Positions 12,001 through 25,800 of a stretch of 64,000 nucleotides of DNA are shown here, one piece after another. The notes under the pieces are model-generated. The model was not told where the DNA came from, ran no database searches, and saw only the letters and a list, made by a program, of their open reading frames with translations. The stretch is from Octopus vulgaris (Eukaryota). The number at the start of each line of letters is the position of its first letter. Within the stretch, counting starts at the first letter, position 1. The translations under genes were made by a program, and so were the position numbers. The stretch is from positions 80,352,001-80,416,000 of the forward strand of contig OX597823.1 in NCBI GenBank assembly GCA_951406725.2. Direction: 5' to 3'.

Positions 12001-15000
12001 CAACACCAGTATAATATGCACAGATATATAAAGTTACTGATATTTTACTAAACCCCTTGTTTATGCTTTGAAGCTTTTGGGAAATTTAAAATACATAGGC
12101 CGTCTAATCATGAGAAATAATGTCATAAAAGACATCTGTACATATATAAAATGCACACATACACACTTATGCAGATGCATGCATACACACTTACACAGAT
12201 GCACACATACACACTTACACAGATGCACACATACACACACATGCGCATATAAACGTTACAGGCATTCTATTAATCACTTTGAAAACCCTTATTTTGAAAA
12301 CTTTTTAAGATGCACATAGTCAAATTTCATTAAATGTATGTGCCAAGAAAGTACAGAGACTCTTCTAAGGAAACAAATGCTACTTAATCAACAGAATGGA
12401 ATCCTGAACTCATTAATTGCTATATACTCTTACTTTTTTACTTGTTTCAGTCATTTTACTGTGGCCATGCTGGAGTACTGCTTTTAGTCGAGCAAATCGA
12501 CCCCAGGACTTATTCTTTGTAAGCCTAGTACTTATTCTACCAGTCTCTTTTGCTGAGCCACTAAGTTACAGGGACGTAAACACACCACCATTGTCAAGCA
12601 ATGGTGGGGGTGCAAACACAGACACACAAACATATACACACATATATATACATAAGTACGGCGGGCTTCTTTCAGTTTCCATCAACTAATTCCACTCACA
12701 AGGCTTTGGTTGGCCTGAGGCTATAGTAGAAGACACTTGACTAAGGTGCCACGCAGTGGGAATGAACCCGGAACCATGTGATAGGTAAGCAAGTTACTTA
12801 CCACACAGCCACTCCTACGCCTATGAAATATATCTAATAATTAAAACTGATCTATATTGCACGAGATGATAAAGTATTTTTATCCAATAATAGCAATAAG
12901 ATACATGACCTTTTAGCAACCGCAATAAAATGAATGTGAAAAATTCAAGAATTACTCACTTAAAGCCACGCATTGGCAACATTCCTTGTCACGGATCACA
13001 AGAGTTTCATTCTGTTAAAAATAAATAGTATATATTATAAAGAGATATCCAATTGCAGCTTTCAAACTTCTTAACTGCTGAATAACTTTTCTTCAGTATC
13101 AGTTTCTAGTAGAAGGATGTATATGAAATAAACAAGTATATAAAGGCATTGGATCAAGATTTTTAAGGTTGTTTCTACAGATATTCAACAGAAATTATAA
13201 CCAGCACTGATTTTTGCTACAACATTTCGTATCAAAACATCAGATGTAAACAAGCAATGAGATCAGAGACAAAAGTGGGTAATGAGTGTATAAACTTAGA
13301 TAAACTTAGATATGTTTCGACCAATGATTGGTCCAGGCCATGTCTAACTTAATAGCACCACCTGATAGGATTATCTAAATCCTGTTTAAGTTAAGTTTTG
13401 TTTATGGTCCATTCATGTAGTGAGGTCTTGTTGGGTGAGTTGTATCCAATTATGGGTGGCTTATCCGGTATTCCTTGAAGAAATCTATCCAGACTCCATT
13501 TAAAGTTAATGGGATCCTTTTCCTCTTTGATCGCTTTCGGGACAATGTTAAACAGGGCAGGGCCTTTTGAGGAAAAGAAATTATGTTGCAGTGTACCTAT
13601 ATGCTGTGATCCTGAATTGGGCAGGGGACATATGGCATGGATATGCCATATTTCGAGGGTTGTTGCCCCTTCCTCAACACCCATCTAACCCATTCTTGTC
13701 TCTGAGTATATTGCTTATATAGCCACCGCATACAGCAGTGTTAAGTTATTGGATATACCAATTTACATAAAAGATGCATTCCTGGAACTGGTATGTAAAC
13801 GTTAAAGGTTTGTAAGTATGTGGCACTTTGTTATGCAAACACAAAAATACTATGAAGTATACTAAATGTTTTTTATAAGTCAGTACCACGTCCTACTGCA
13901 TCAGTAGTGCATGTTACAAAACTTTAATTGGATCAAGAATTCAAATATATAAGACAAATATGGTAACATAAGCATTAATCATAGGCAGCGAGCTGGCAGA
14001 AGTTTTAGCCTGCTATGAAATGCTTAGTGGTATTTCATCCATCCTTATGTTCTGAGTTCAAATTCTGCCAAGGCTGTCTTTGCCGTTCATCCTTTCAGGA
14101 TTGATGAAATAAGTACCAATTGAACACTGGGGGTCAATGTAATCAACTTAATTACTCTCAAGTAAAAGTATAAAAAACTGCACCCTTTGCCAAGCCATGT
14201 TGAGCCAGTATGGCAGAGTAAGCTCATCAAACCAGAATGATCTGAAGGTCAAATTTATGGCCATCAGACTGGTTGGTGGATAGAACATACTGAGGCTTTC
14301 ATTCTGCAGTGGACTGAACATAGGCAATCCAGTCCAATCCAAAGCATTAATCATATGTCTGTTTGATCAGAATTGACTTGGAACTATACAACAAGGGTCT
14401 AATGATGGTGAGGTGAAGACAGATGAGAAAAATTATTAAAACTTTAATCAGACAATGCTTGACAATTCACTTCTTTAAACCTTTAGAATATAAACCAGCC
14501 ATATCTGGTCAAAATATTCTGCCTGTTTTTTGTTAAGACCAGCCAGATCTGGCCTCTCACACTGACCTGAAAATGTCATCATAAAAACCTAACATTTACA
14601 TCATTAAATTTTCAAAGCTATGTGATAATGCATGGCTAATTCAAAACATAATAGGAATTACATTTCACACAATAATCTGAATGTTAAAGAGTTATGTTGT
14701 AAATAATCTTCTTCAAGAATAATACTTCTTTAAGAATAATACTTCTGAAAGAAGAATTATTGATAGACCTTAACTCTTTAACACTTAAACTAGCCATATC
14801 AGGCCCAAATATTCTACCTGTTTTATGTTTAAACTGACCAGATCTGGCATTTCACACCTATCTTACAGTCACATTATCAACATTTGACAGCTTCAAGCTA
14901 ACTCATGATTAATTCAAAACAAGGTGAATAAATAAGCATTACTTTTGACAGTGCACTCTGAATGCTGAAGGGTTAAGCAACAGTGATATCAATTTTGTAA

Positions 15001-16247
15001 CAGTGAACTAGACCACAATTCATGTAACACTAAATATAACATTTGACAAAATCACTCTTTACATTGCTGTTATTTGCTTTACCAGTTCCAATCAAGAAAA
15101 ATGAAAGGCCAACTTAACCCTTTCATTACCGTATTTATTTTGAGATGTTCTGTGTTTTGTTTAATTAATTTCAAATATAACAAAGAATTTAGTAAAATAA
15201 CTTTGTTATCATTAAGTGAGTGTTAGGAACATAAATTGTGACTAAAGTTTGGTGGGAGAATTTAATTCAAAACTTATGAAAACAAGACATTTGTACTACA
15301 GAGTCAGAGCCGGTTTCAGTCGGGTTGGTATTGAAAGGGTTAATTCAGGCAACATTTGAGCTCATAAATATTACTTACATCTGCACACTTCTTGTTACAA
15401 GCAGGTACTCTTTGAAATTCTCCATCAATGCATACTTCATTGAAGCACTCATTCAATATGCGAGTTTCATTCTCAATACAACGGAGTGGGGTAGTTGTTC
15501 TGGGAATTGGTGTGGTGGTTTCTGTTGAAAGAAAATAATATTATGAACAAATACATGAGTGCAAGTATGTGTGTGTATGCATCATTATTGTCATTTTAAC
15601 ATCCAATTTTCAATGTTCGAGAAAACCTACCCACATAGCAGATGTCATGTAAAAGGCATTGGTGTGGGTGCTGGTGCCACATGAAAAGCATCCAATACAC
15701 TTTGTAAAGTGGTTGGCATTAGGAAAGGCATCCAGCTGTAGAAATCAAGCCAAAACAGACTATGGAACCTGCTGTGGCCTCTGGCCTTGCCAGTTCCTGT
15801 GAAGCTGTCCAACTCATGCCAGCATGGAAAACAGATGTAAGTATTGAAGATGATGATGTTAGTTCAAATAAAATTCTAAATTCTACAATCAAATATATAT
15901 ATATATATATGGAAATACATTGTACATTTAAACACATAAGAGATGGCCATAACAGGACATCTGGCTCGCTGGAAAGAGTAGTTAAACCACAAACCACTAT
16001 TAGGGGTAATTTTGAAAGGGAATGAAAAATAAAAACATCCCTTTCAAAATTACCCCTAATAGCGGTTTGTGGTTTAACTACTCTTTCTAGCGAGTCAGAT
16101 GTTCTGTTATGGACATCTCTTATGTGTTTAAATGTACACTGTATTTTTATATGAATAATACATAGTCTATTGACTAGTTTTTTTCTTCTCACTAGACCAC
16201 TGGTAGCAAAGAATTCTTCTAAATTTTTTAGCTACCCTAAGATTTAT

Positions 16248-16288
<41 letters not shown>

Positions 16289-17835
16289 TACATTGTCTAG
16301 TCCACTTCATTGACTTCCTTGGTTGCCTCTCTCCAGTTAACACCCCTGCCACTCCTCTGTATCTAACGCTTGCCTCTCGCCCTCTCACCGCACATCCCTT
16401 AATCATTCACCTATGTCCCTATGTCACTCATATCTTTCTCTCACCTCCCTCACACGTGCCTCTGTAGCTCATCTCCCAGATATTCCCTCCCTATACTACG
16501 GTACCAGTGGCACCAAACTTGGCAGTGGATCTCTTCTGTCTGCTATACATTGCTTCCAGTGTTAGTAGGGATGTTACAGCATCTCTCTGATCGTCAGACT
16601 CTCTCCAGACTCATTTGTGTTATTTACTGGTACTGAACCTAACTTATACCACTTACCGATATAAGAATCACCATCTTTCAATTTTCCCAAACATCACCCT
16701 TTGTCTATCCAACCATCTCAGAGCCTACCTTAACACTAACCCCTCCTGTATATCCTTTCTTTACTATCTCCAGTCAATCTGCCATTATACCCTGCTCCTC
16801 AATCTCCAAGGCCATGCTGCCTTCCATAATCACCTTATCCTCTTGCTTGTGCCATCTGTAATATATATATCTCAAAATATGGATTACTCCTATCATTCAT
16901 TCCTCTGTCACATTCTTCTTAACGTTATTCAAGGCTCTCCCTCAATAAAGAAGTTGGTGAATGAGCAGAGATGTCAGGGACATGAGGTATTTTAGTCACA
17001 TCAAAGAGATTCTTAGTTCTCTAGCACTGGCACCTTGGAAAATACACCCGGTACATGCTGTAAAGTGTAAAGTTGTAAGGACCATTTAGGCCTTTCTTGT
17101 GCTGGTGCTATGAGAAAACTACACAGTACACTTTGTAAAGTAGCTAGTGTTAGAAAAGGCAAATAAACTGAGGTCTTTCCAATTTGTCTACTAAGCATTA
17201 AACACAAATATGAATTAATTTCCAACCATAGTGACCCATCCAACACAATAAGTGGCAGTAAAAACAATGAATGTGTGTGTGTGTGTGTGTGTGTTTGTGA
17301 AAATAATAACAACACAAAATATTTTAAATTTTTGAATAAAAGGAAAGTCTATACACACCATGTACACTACAGATATAGGGTTCAACAGCTGTGAGTTTAG
17401 ATGGTTCATCTGAGTTCATTGGAATTATCGTAATTTTCATTCGGCGAGCAACAACACCATTCCCATTATTAAATGTAATTGTTGTGGTTAATCTGCCATC
17501 CACTGGTTCTGTAATGACCTGAAATAGTAATTGTTCTAAGATTATAATTTTTATCATTCTATTTTTTCCATCCACATATTGATACTTGTATGAGTCAAGC
17601 ACAGCTTACTGAGGAAAATTTTCTATGGTCAGATTCCCCTCCTGTTGCCAACCCTTCCAAGCACCGTAGTATTTCTCACAGCAAGACATGTTTGTTCAGG
17701 ATATTGGAAAGGACTAATACTGCTTGTATGACTGTGACACTCATTTACAACTATCATGCAATGTCAAGAAGAGGAGAGATGAACGAACAAACAAACATAC
17801 ATACATACATATATATATATGAATATATATATGAA

Positions 17836-17867
<32 letters not shown>

Positions 17868-18508
17868 CATATATATATATGCATATATATACATATATGC
17901 ACACTCATATATATACAAATATATATATATATATGTATATATATACATAAATATATATATGCACACACTCATATATATACAAATATATATATATATGCAT
18001 ACATATATATACATATATATATAAATACATATACACATATATATATATATACATATATATAAATACATATATATGTGGAGGCGCAATGGCCCAGTGGTTA
18101 GGGCAGCGGACTCGCGGTCGTAGGATCGCGGTTTTGATTCCCAGACCGGGCGTTGTGAGTGTTTATTGAGCGAAAACACCTAAAGCTCCACGAGGCTCCG
18201 GCAGGGGATGGTGGTGATCCCTGCTGTACTCTTTCACCACAACTTTCTCTCACTCTTACTTTCCTGTTTCTGTTGTACCTGTATTTCAAGGGGCTGGCCT
18301 TGTCACTCTCTGTGTCACGCTGAATATCCCCGAGAACTGCGTTAAGGGTACACGTGTCTGTGGAGTGCTCAGCCACTTACACGTTAATTTCACGAGCAGG
18401 CTGTTCCGTTGATCGGATCAATCGGAACCCTCGTCATCGTAACCGACGGAGTGCTTCCACATATATATATATATACATATATATAAATACATATACATAT
18501 ATATATAC

Positions 18509-18555
<47 letters not shown>

Positions 18556-18716
18556 CATATATATAAATACATATACATATATATAAATACATATATATAT
18601 ATAAATACATATATATAAATACATATATATAAATACATATATATAAATACATATATATAAATACATATATATAAATACATATACATAAATACATATACAT
18701 AAATACATATACATAA

Positions 18717-18769
<53 letters not shown>

Positions 18770-21700
18770 CAAACAAACAAACAATGGGGACTTAGTTCAC
18801 AAGTGATAAGTAGAAGATATCTACTTTGTTAAAGTGTCATCTATAGGGTAGAGAGTAGTAAGAATGGCAGCTTTATAGACTTGTACTTTGGTGTCAAGTT
18901 TGATGTGTCTTTCATTCTATAGGTGATGACAGAATTTGCCAAATGCGTTGGTTGCCTTTGCAAGACAGTTAATGATTTCATCATAAAAGGAAGCACTCAA
19001 ATTCACTTTACTACCAAGATATGTAAATGACTTCACATAATTTAGGCTTTTCCCATCAACCTGTATAGAAGTGTCAGGAAAATTGTGAACCAGTGGCCTC
19101 TGCTTGACACCTCGAATTTGTGTAGGAGTAGGGCAAAGTTGGTTAAATAAGAATTTAATTTGGTGAGACTACAGGCCTAAGGATTCTATGTATAGACAGA
19201 GTACTTGATGCAGGTCAATATTAGTAAACGTGGTAAATCAGGTGTTATAGATATCATATGTGTTGATTTTCTTTGTATTTGAACCAATGCAAGAACTTAA
19301 AGGACTTGAAGAATTTGTGTTCGCAAACACAAATTCTTCAAGTCCTGTAAGTTCTTCCAAAGACATTCAGCTACAACAATTTGAACTTATTTTTCATACC
19401 TGATAACATTAGTAGTCAAATAAATCATATAAAAAGAATATTTAACATATGTGCAATGAAATACTTACAACTTGTCTTGCAGCATAAAATTTTTCATCAC
19501 CAAATGTTACTTTGATTTGTCTTATACGTGAGGCACTGTACTTTAGTTTGACCCAAGTAACATCTTCTTTGGCAGATATTTCAATCGTCTGGTCTTCATT
19601 CGTGCTTCCAATGACCCAAGATTTATTGCTATAAAATGCATCTATTGCATCTTCATTTGAAGATTTCATAATAAATTCTGTTCCAAAGTCTTTTAATGAT
19701 ATCAGTTTTTCAGTACATGAGATGCTGTCACACTCACTCGTTTCAATGATGCATTCATTTGGACACAAGGGATCTTCGTAAGTTCCATTAATTACCGTAC
19801 AGTTTCTCTTGTAGGGAACATTTGGAGTTGTTGACTCTAAAAGTAAAAACAAAATAAAATACAAATTTAATGAGAATAAAATTGTTTTATCAACACCATC
19901 ATCATCATTTAATGTCTGTTTTCCCTGCTGGCATGGATTGGACAATTTGACAAGAGCTAGCTAGAGGGCAGTACCAAGCTCAATTGTCTATTTTGTCATG
20001 GTTTCAACAGCTGGATGCCCTTCTCAATACCAACCACTTTACAGAGTGTACAGGGTGCTTTTTTTGTGGCACCAGTACCAGTGGGGATCACAAAATATAT
20101 TGTGAATTTGCGTGTGGGGCTTGAATGCCACATCTGCTATAAGCCATGCATCTGTATTTGATTAATATTCATTAAATGAGATAAGTTCATGTGTTGTGAG
20201 AATAAGTAAGGTCTGATATTTTAGGCAGAGCTCTTTGAATTAAAAAGTGCAAATGCATATTTTCTTACAAATTTTATTTATTATTTTTTCTACTAATTCA
20301 GATTGTTATTTTTTTTTTTAATTATATTTCAAACTTTAACATATTAAACTAGCACCCACATCAAGTGAACTAACTGTGATTTTTTTTTTTTTTTTTTGTC
20401 AAAACAACTAAAACACAACCAAAACTTAAGTACAGTATTTTTCTGTTCTGAAATCCTCACTCTGACATTATACTTTCCTTCAGAGAACTGATAGTTCATT
20501 TTGTTGTATTCCCTTTCAAAAACAGAATTGGTTCAACAAATCAGAAGACTGTGTTGTGCTCCAATGTCTGTTTTGGTATGGTTTCTATAGTTTGATGCCC
20601 TTCCTAATACCATCCATTTTACAGAGTTTATTGGATGCTTTTTTCATGGTACCAGTGCAAGGTAAACTAAAGAAACTTCACAACTGAATGGGAGTAGAGA
20701 ATAGGGAGAGATAGCTCTATGGTTGGTTTTGAGAGGTTAAAGTATAATGCAAGAGACAGGAACAGGGTTCTTGCTACACGGGAGATACACAGCCACCTCA
20801 TATTATGTAAGTGTAAGAGTAATTAGCATGGAGTTGGAAAGAGAGGTAAAGATTCTGATGACAAGGTGTCAGAGTGTGCTCTCTGGATACAGGTAGGGAG
20901 TAGAAGATAGTATGAGAACAGAAAATCAGGAGGGGTAGATGAGTAGAGGTTGCAAGTGTGTGGGGGGAAGTGACAGATGGCTGGAGATGGGATTAGGAAT
21001 GATTTTGGCTCAATAAGCTAGCAACCAAATCAAGTGAACTAGCAGTGTGCTTTCTTTCATAGCAACTAAAACACTGCCAGAACGTTAATATAACATCCTT
21101 AACTTTTGAGGATATATATAACCTTTGAAATCAACCAAATATAACATCTTTAACCTTTGAAATCAACCAACCCTGATATTGCACTATGATCTTTCCCTAC
21201 TGGCAACTGACAGGGAATTTCAAGGTATTTCTTGTTGAATATTAGAAAATATTTAATGGTCCACTAAAATATATAATGGTCCATTCTGGACCACCAAAAA
21301 GGACTTGAAGACTTAGTGTTCATTTAGTATGTTGAGGGTCAGTCAACATGGTAGAACCTTTCCATCTTCAGAATATTAATTTTTAGTTACAAATTTCAAA
21401 TCCAAAGAATAGCTTAATCCTTTTATTACTATATTCCTGTTGAAATACACTACTTTTACTTCAATTTATTTAAAATATTATGAAGAATTTATTAAAATGA
21501 TTTTGCAGTAATTTAAGCTAATGTTTAAAACATAAAACCTTCCATCAAATTTTCATGTTATTTCAATCACTTTAAAACAATAAATCTATGTCATTGAACC
21601 AAGGGCAGTTTCAGAGAGGTTGGTATGAAAAGAGTTAAGCACAATGGTACCACCAAGTATTGAACTTATGTCAAAGACTTGCCTTCAAGTAGATATTTTT

Positions 21701-22568
21701 CCCAAAACCTACAGCACTAACAATAGAAGATATTAAAATGAACTTTCACTAAGATCTCTTGCAGTTAACAATGCAATATAAAACAAATCGGCTTTAACAA
21801 AACTTACGGATTTGTACGCATTCACAGCACCTGTCTTCGTTCTCGTAGAGATTTAAATAATATCCCTGAAATAAATTTGTTTTAAATTTGTAGATTTATT
21901 GTGAAAGTTAATGAAGAGAGAATAGGATTATTGAAACAATGCCATTGAAAACCTGAATCATTAGCAACACTGAAATATCATCTAAATGCAACACATTTAA
22001 ATTCTTTTTAAAATCAAAATCATGAACTAACCTTTTCCAACCAAGGATAGTTATTCTAGTATCAGATATTTGAAATTACTAAATAACTAGGGGATTACAA
22101 TTCTGTTTTATTTTATGACAAACCAATAGTATTTATTCTTTTGCATTTTATTAATGTATTGAATATATTTTTTTCGTACATACTTCTATATTATATATAA
22201 TTTATTTTAAAGTAATCTTTGACATTTGCTTCTTTTCACTTTACTAATGATTAATTAGGCAAAACACCTAAGCTCCACGCAGCTCCGGCAGAAGGTAATG
22301 GCGAACTTCTGCTGATTCCTTTGCCACAACTTTCTCTCACTCTTTCCTCCTGCATCTTACAGCTCACCTGTGATGGGCCGGCGTCCCGTCCAGGTGGGGG
22401 AACCTATATGCCAAGGAAACCAGGAAACTGGCCCTTATAAGCCAGGCATGGCTCGAGAAGGAACAAACAATGATTAATTAGAAGTGTGACATACTATCAC
22501 ACCTCATCTTTTCAATCTTTCTCCTTTCAAGTTCTCTCTTTTTCTCTATTGTTCTTCAGCACTCATTT

Positions 22569-22616
<48 letters not shown>

Positions 22617-22827
22617 ACATACATATATATTGAAAAGTTCCTGGCTTTAAGAATATCATGAAAGGCCTTGCTGGATGTCCCACCTTCTGAGTTCTTTTAC
22701 AAGGCATGGAAAAACTGAAGGACTGCTGCAATAAGTGTGTGATTCTGAGAGGGGAATATGTTGAATAAAATCATAATTAACTCATCATCCTGTATTTTAT
22801 TTTACTCAAATACCCATGCACTTTCTT

Positions 22828-22873
<46 letters not shown>

Positions 22874-25800
22874 GGGCTTCTTTCAGATTCCATAATCAAA
22901 ATCCTTTCATAGAACGACTTTAGTGGATTCTGTGATAAAACATTATACTCACTGGTGGACATGTTGTTATGGGACAAGTCTTCTTACATATAGCATCCTG
23001 TGATTTACATTGGCATTTTAAGCAATCATTTACTTGCCAAGTGTCACCATCCTGAAGAGATAATTGGAATATAAACAGGAAAAAAATAAATATATTTACA
23101 TATCAGTGCGCAGATATAGATACATAAATCAAGAATAATTATTTTCAAGGTGTGCTTCTAATATATTATTATTTAATTACATAAAGGTGGCAAGCTGGCA
23201 CAACAGTTAGTGCACTGGGTGAAATGCTTAGTGGTATACCGCCCATCACTACATTCTGAGTTCAAATTCTGCCGAGGTCAACTTTAAGTTTGCATCCTTT
23301 TGAGATCAATAAATTAAGTACCAGTGAAATACTGATGTCAATGTAATCAACTAGCACCCTCTCATAAAATTTCAGGCCTTTTGCCTATTGTAGAAAGGAT
23401 TATTTAATTACATAGCATGATAATTATATTCAAGCTTATATCTAATAATACCATATCCAGTACATTATGTTTTTGTACCAGTAATATGTAACTATGGTAG
23501 GCAATAGCAGGCAGTATTGTTAACATGCCGGGTGAAATGCTTAGCGGCATTTTGTCCAGTGGTGTATGGTCATTGTTGTATTGGGTATGCTGCCACACCC
23601 AATGCCACCAAATTTCAAGCAGAGGTATAACAAAAGTTTTCCATTAAGATTTGTGATTAAATTAATGAATTTATAATGAATTTGCCATTTTCAATGGGTG
23701 TGCAGCACACACCTAGCACACCCGGAATATACACCCCTGGTTTTGTCCATCTTCATGTTCTGAGTTCAAATTCCACCAAGGTTGACTTTGCCTTTCATCC
23801 TTTCAGGGTCGATGAAATAAGCACCTGTTTTGTACAGGTATTGATGTAATCAACTTATGCCTCCACTGAAATTGCTGGCCTTATGCCAAAATATATAACT
23901 ATGATTGCTTTGGCAGCTTGTATTTATCTATACATATTGTCTTTTATCTATAGTCTAAAATGTATCCATACATAGTCTAAATCAACGATAGGGACCCAAT
24001 TACTGGTGAGAATCATATATATATGAAACCAGACCAGCTGATCCCACTTTTGTTGTTTACAAAGCTATTGTATTAAAAAATAGTCTAAATTTATCTACAG
24101 AATATTTGTAGAGAATTTTAATTACTAGACTGGCTTAAATAAACACTTCAGTTTATTTTGTGGTGTGTAGGGCAACAATTTACTTTTGTAGAGATTAGGA
24201 AGTATTGGATAACACTCTGTAACAAAAGTTTTATTTTTTGTGTGTGTCTTTGGTCAATAAGAGTTATTTCCTACTTGCTTCTACCTAGAAATCAAAGTAA
24301 ATGACTACTATTCCCTTCAAACTTTGCTTTTGTCACCTGGACATGTTTTGAAACTGACCTATTTTCCATTACATTTCAGACAGATTCAGCACTGAGTTGC
24401 TGAAGCAGAAATATCATTATAGCTAATATTCATCTCAATACCACAGATTTGTTTGTCAGTCGCTTGACCTTAACTACACTTAGTGTCTGACAATATGTGC
24501 ATCTCTGATCATGAACAGGAGTAGTGGGGGAGCATCACAGCCATGTGTTGAGAGGGATTCTTTTGGGTTTGAATAAATGTAACAAAAGCAAAGTTTGAAG
24601 GAATTATTAACCATTTTTCATACTTTCTTGGGATAAGCAAGTAGGAATAACAATTGCTACCCAAAGGACAAAAATCGTGTTACACCATGTAATTGGTGAG
24701 TATTTTAGTTTTCAGTACTAGACTCAAATCTTCTCATAGATCCTAATCAAATATATTGGAAAATTACTCCTGAGTATTAATCTTAATTGTAGATATGAGG
24801 AGTAGATATAGGTTGTCAGCAAGTCGATACTGCAACATGAGTTTCATTTCAATTACTTTTTGTGTCCTTAATTTCAGAACTTAATTTTATAATGTTTTGT
24901 CTTCTGAGAAGATTCTCAAGAACTACAAGTGAGCTCCAAATTCATAGCATTACAAAGAAAGATAAATCTTTTTACCCTGAGTAGGACACCAGTCTAATAA
25001 CACTCACATATGACCATTTTTCATATTTTTCATATGGTACCATTTTTCAATCGAAGCAATGTAAAAGGATCTTCTCAGCAAGATTAGCTTAGTTTACTAC
25101 CTTACACACTCAGCCATTTTACATTTACTTTATATGGAGATATATGGATTATGTTGATTTTCAATGATTCCAGTTATTTGCAGTAACCCAATGACCCATT
25201 AAGTCAAAGGTCATGCTCATATTCGTTCACCTAATCTCTACAAAGTCAGTATTGTTACATTAACTAAATGTTCAACAAGATACTGTATAGGGTAGTGTTT
25301 CTCGACCATTTTTTATCAATGGACCCCTATGATTTCTATTTTACTCAGATAGACCCTCATAGCTATTCAATGTTTAAAAAATCATTATATTAATTATAAT
25401 TAAATATTATTAGGAATTATGTTTTAAAAAATGTTAAAATATTTTGTGTATTGTTGAAATATAAGCAATTTATTGCAGTTAAATTTTAACAAAATCTTAT
25501 CTGGACCCCCAAGGGTATTATGCATTCCAGTTGAGAACATCATCATCGTTTAATGTCCGTTTTCTATGCTAGCACGGGTTGGACAGTTCAACCGGGGTCT
25601 GGGAAGCCAGGAGGCTGCACCAGGCTCCAGTCTGATCTGGCAGTCTGGAGCCTGGTGCAGCCTCCTGGCTTCCCAGACCCCGGTCAAACCATCCAACCCG
25701 TGCTAACTCGGAATATAAAAAAACAGATTGGAGGTCCTTGATATTCAATCTACTGAGAGCTGATGATAGCTGATGATGATGCATGCATTTCCCAAGGTCA

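Noticed and set aside
15719-16192. Overlapping ORFs on both strands with similar peptides (also 6416-6631)
   Set aside because: By-product of the DNA inverted repeats
18077-18150. tRNA-like heads of SINE families A-D as tRNA genes
   Set aside because: A/B-box-like motifs present but acceptor and other stems do not pair; they run into SINE bodies
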